From Antedon mediterranea (Eukaryota; Animalia; Echinodermata), in contig NC_092671.1 in assembly GCF_964355755.1 (NCBI RefSeq), positions 17,112,001 through 17,176,000 of the forward strand: DNA of 64,000 nucleotides, in the 5' to 3' direction. The notes under the pieces were generated by a model that saw only the letters and a program-made list of their open reading frames with translations, made no database searches and was not told the origin of the DNA. The first letter of the stretch is position 1, and each line of letters starts with the position of its first letter. Positions 60,536 to 64,000 of this stretch are shown piece after piece. The position numbers were made by a program, and so were the translations under genes.

Positions 60536-61045
60536 AACGATAATGTTACGACGATGGTGGTAGTAACAATGACGATGATGATAATGACGGTGGTGGTGAT
60601 AATGACGGTGGTGGTGATAATGACGGTGGTGGTGATAATGACGATGAGGATAATGACGATGATGATTATGACGATGGTGAAAATGACGATGGTGATAATG
60701 ACGATGAAGATAATGACGATGGTGATAATGAGGATGACGATAATGACGATGGTGATAATGAGGATGACGATAATGACGATGGTGATAATGATAGTGACGA
60801 TAATGACGATGGTGATAATGATAATGACGATGATGATAATGACGATGGTGATAATGACGATAATGATAATGACGATAATGATAATGACGATGGTGATAAT
60901 GATAATGACGATGATGATAATGACGATGGTGATAATGATAATGACGATGATGATAATGACGATGGTGATAATGATAATGACGATGATGATAATGACGATA
61001 ATAGAAATGACGATATAACAATGAAGATGTGATGAAGATGACAAT
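60536..61045. repeat. Complex trinucleotide repeat built from ATG/ATA/ACG/GTG (e.g. GATAATGACGATGGT)
   Basis: Direct reading; source of the His/Ile/Met-rich ORFs. Confidence 0.92.
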
Positions 61046-64000
61046 TGCGATACTAACGATCATTTATCATACTTGTAACAGTTGCCGTTACTTAATGCAT
61101 TCCTTACAAGGTGAATTTAAAAAAAAACCCAATTTCATGATATGGATGTCAAATAGTTATGTGTGCAGAAAAAATGCCAATTTGTGTGCTGAACATGATA
61201 GCACACAGTCTTGATAGGACATGCATGCTTCTAATGTGTAATATAAACCATAAGGATAATGCTTTTCGATTATATGTCATATTTTGTTAATTCTGACAAC
61301 AACATAAGATTGTAGGGATATAGCTTACGGTTTGAATAATCGTTCACTGTTGTCTTGCCTCAGTGTAAGAACTTTTACTCATTTTCCATCCGGGAACCCT
61401 CACTAGGACGTATTATCTTCTCGTATAATCTACATGATTTTCAATACATTCCCATTTAAAATAAGTGAATCCATTGAGGGGTGGTATTTTAAGATACAGA
61501 GAAAAGAGTAGATCATAAGAAATAAGCCCAACTTAAACTTATTGCGTTCATTTTGACCTTACAACTTAACTGTTTGTTCTATTGTAACTATTTGCCTGAC
61601 GTGTGTGTCAATATACATAATTGATTTAGAATTATGCTGGTGTAAAATACATGTTATTAATTAACTACATCTTAGCGTATGGATTGACCTAGATATGTTG
61701 CTTGATATCAATCAGATATCAATACGATTATAACAACAAAGTTACAGAAAATTCAAATTTATTCTAAAATTATCTTGTTTATTTTAACAACTGTACTTTA
61801 TAAATGTCCATAGTAATCTTTTTTTAAACTAATGTTTATGGTTAATCGTGATACCATCTTGTTATCTATTATATTTTATCATATCTATCAAATTGGCTTT
61901 TTGATACATTGAAGTTTAAATAAAAAGAGTTTCAAGAGAAGAGATTTGGGTGGGCCATTCGCTATGTGCTACAGTATATTAAAAATGCCGACATACCGGT
62001 AGTTTAATTAATTCTCAAATTCAATTTATCCTTTTGCTAATTTTCTTTAGGTTTTCTAACTTCAGTTTCTGTCAATTTGTCACCATTACTGCGACAACCT
62101 TAATCCCGTTAGTTCATTTAAAGAAATATTTGACGTTTTTTAGATCTATTCTCAATTATTTAGTTACGGAGAATTAAATTTAAATGATTTCATCCATACA
62201 GTACTACTGTACTGGATGAAATGCATTTAACGTTTATCATTTCAATAATTTAATAAACAGATTATTTTTGTTTGTCAAATTTAAATGGTCCGAAAAATTA
62301 AAATGCTGTTAGTTTTTGTTTTAATTTAAATTAAGTATCTTACATTAATTGGTCATATATTTTCCATACTCTTACGTTTACTTGATACGAAGTACAATTG
62401 AGCATACTATTACTGGGTTCACGTTTCACCAAAGAATTCTCAATTGTACTTTATACTAAGTTCCGCCAGAATGGCAAAACATCTGAACAATTAACTTACC
62501 TCCCCGACGCAAACCTACTTTGGATTACATTAATATCCGTTTATGAATTATAGAATAATTATAATTAAATTATTAAATAACTATATACATGCCTATAAGC
62601 TAACCTGCAATACCATTTTTTGTATAAAGTTGTATGTCACACGTATCATATTAAGTGTGTTACAGTCAATCTTTTCATACATTTTGTTATGTAATTTAAA
62701 TTCCTTTTAACGGCATGAATTCAAACATATAACATAAATGCGTTCGTTGTGCAAATGTGATAAAAGTATCTTCGGTAATCTTTTAACGTGAAACTTATTT
62801 TTAAGTAATTGAAACGTACGAAATGTTCGGTTGATATCAGTCCTGATTTGCGAATAATGAGTTTTTGCATTATACAGAGTCTAGCATGTTTGATTAATCG
62901 CAGGCAAGTAATTACTCCAGGCCTACGGGCAAGCTTGGAAACCATTGCCTTTTCAGATCTATATTTTGCATTTCATAATACAATCATATATCATCTTTGG
63001 AATTTTAAATACAAAATTCGTTGGGTAAATGTAATGATATACGTCTTGTACTGTATTACGTCCAAATACAAAGGGATTTCAACTATCACCTTTTTCGTTT
63101 GAATTATTATTAGTGAGTAAATAGTTTTACAGTTTATCATTGTCAGATAATCATTATGATTATGGAAGAATGTTTTATACAAATACAAATGAATAATGAC
63201 AGTGAATGCGTAGGTAGAAGGGGTTGATTACCCCCCCCCCCTTCTCTTTGCTAATTACGCTATACATTAATAATGGCGACAAGAATGAAACCATATAATG
63301 ATAATTAGAAAACAAATTTAGCCGTCGAGTTATTGTGGTAACACATAATATCCTCAAACTAATTTTTTTAATCATAACATTCCGAAAAATATCATGTTGC
63401 CTTAACCCCGCCTAAACCTTTTCCTTTATTTAGTAAAAATATCTCAGGGCTGATTTTCAGAAACTGATTACATCCGCGATTTGACATTTCCTAGCTTGAG
63501 CGCTTTTTTTTTTTGATAATGCATTGCTAAAAACTAACATTGAACGAATGAGGAGGTAAAGAAATATAGGGATGGCTACAATTCATTGTGTATACTTCTG
63601 TCATGTCAATTGCTTTCTTAATGGCATCAGTTACATACATCAGTTATATACCTCGTGTGAACTATACAACGTAGTAAATTTACCAAGACATTTAGTACAA
63701 TAACATCACACGAATAGTGTTTTTTTACGAATACGAATATTTTATTACATTATAGTGAAAATAATGTACAATTGGTCAGATGTTTGTCCTACTCAATTAG
63801 TATTTGTATTTTATACTAAGTACATTGAGAACACGTAAAAGTAATTCTCGAACCCACGACCTGATCACTAGCACAATTATGAAGGAATATGAAGGGTGAG
63901 ACCCCAGATTACATTTTTTTAAATTAAAATTATTCAATGTTTTACACCAAAAAAACAATGAGAGGAAGATTTAATAATGGTTAAATAATATACCTTAATT

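Noticed and set aside
60430-61063. His/Arg/Tyr-rich 186-aa ORF and overlapping Ile/Met-rich ORFs
   Set aside because: All arise from a trinucleotide simple repeat open in several frames; no splice or domain support
62494-62545. Strong minus-strand donor GAG|GTAAGT as Elk exon 1
   Set aside because: Upstream sequence does not encode a PAS-cap; cannot be supported without transcripts

Overview
AT-rich metazoan genomic DNA, probably a marine invertebrate; an echinoderm or other deuterostome is only a guess from repeat style and intron layout. The main gene is a minus-strand, multi-exon EAG-superfamily K+ channel of the Elk/Kv12 (KCNH3/4/8-like) subfamily. Fifteen coding exons (36098 to 2550) splice in phase into 2894 nt covering PAS, S1-S6 with the GFG filter, C-linker/CNBHD, coiled coil and stop. 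One intron has a GC-AG boundary, and I could not find the canonical first (PAS-cap) exon. Introns and upstream DNA hold many transposon relics: a Helitron, Helentron-like elements, Harbinger-, hAT- and Kolobok-like MITEs, Rex1/Babar and other LINE fragments, a 5S-rRNA-headed SINE and a tRNA-headed SINE. The most striking non-coding signal is a ~170-bp dispersed element (at least 8 copies or fragments, several flanked by TA runs). One end of it carries a minimal type I hammerhead ribozyme motif (CUGAUGA-A-stemII-GAAA-GC-UC), and stem II shows compensatory changes between copies. An internal ~48-49 bp segment of this element has been tandemly amplified twice, once to 39 copies inside an Elk intron.
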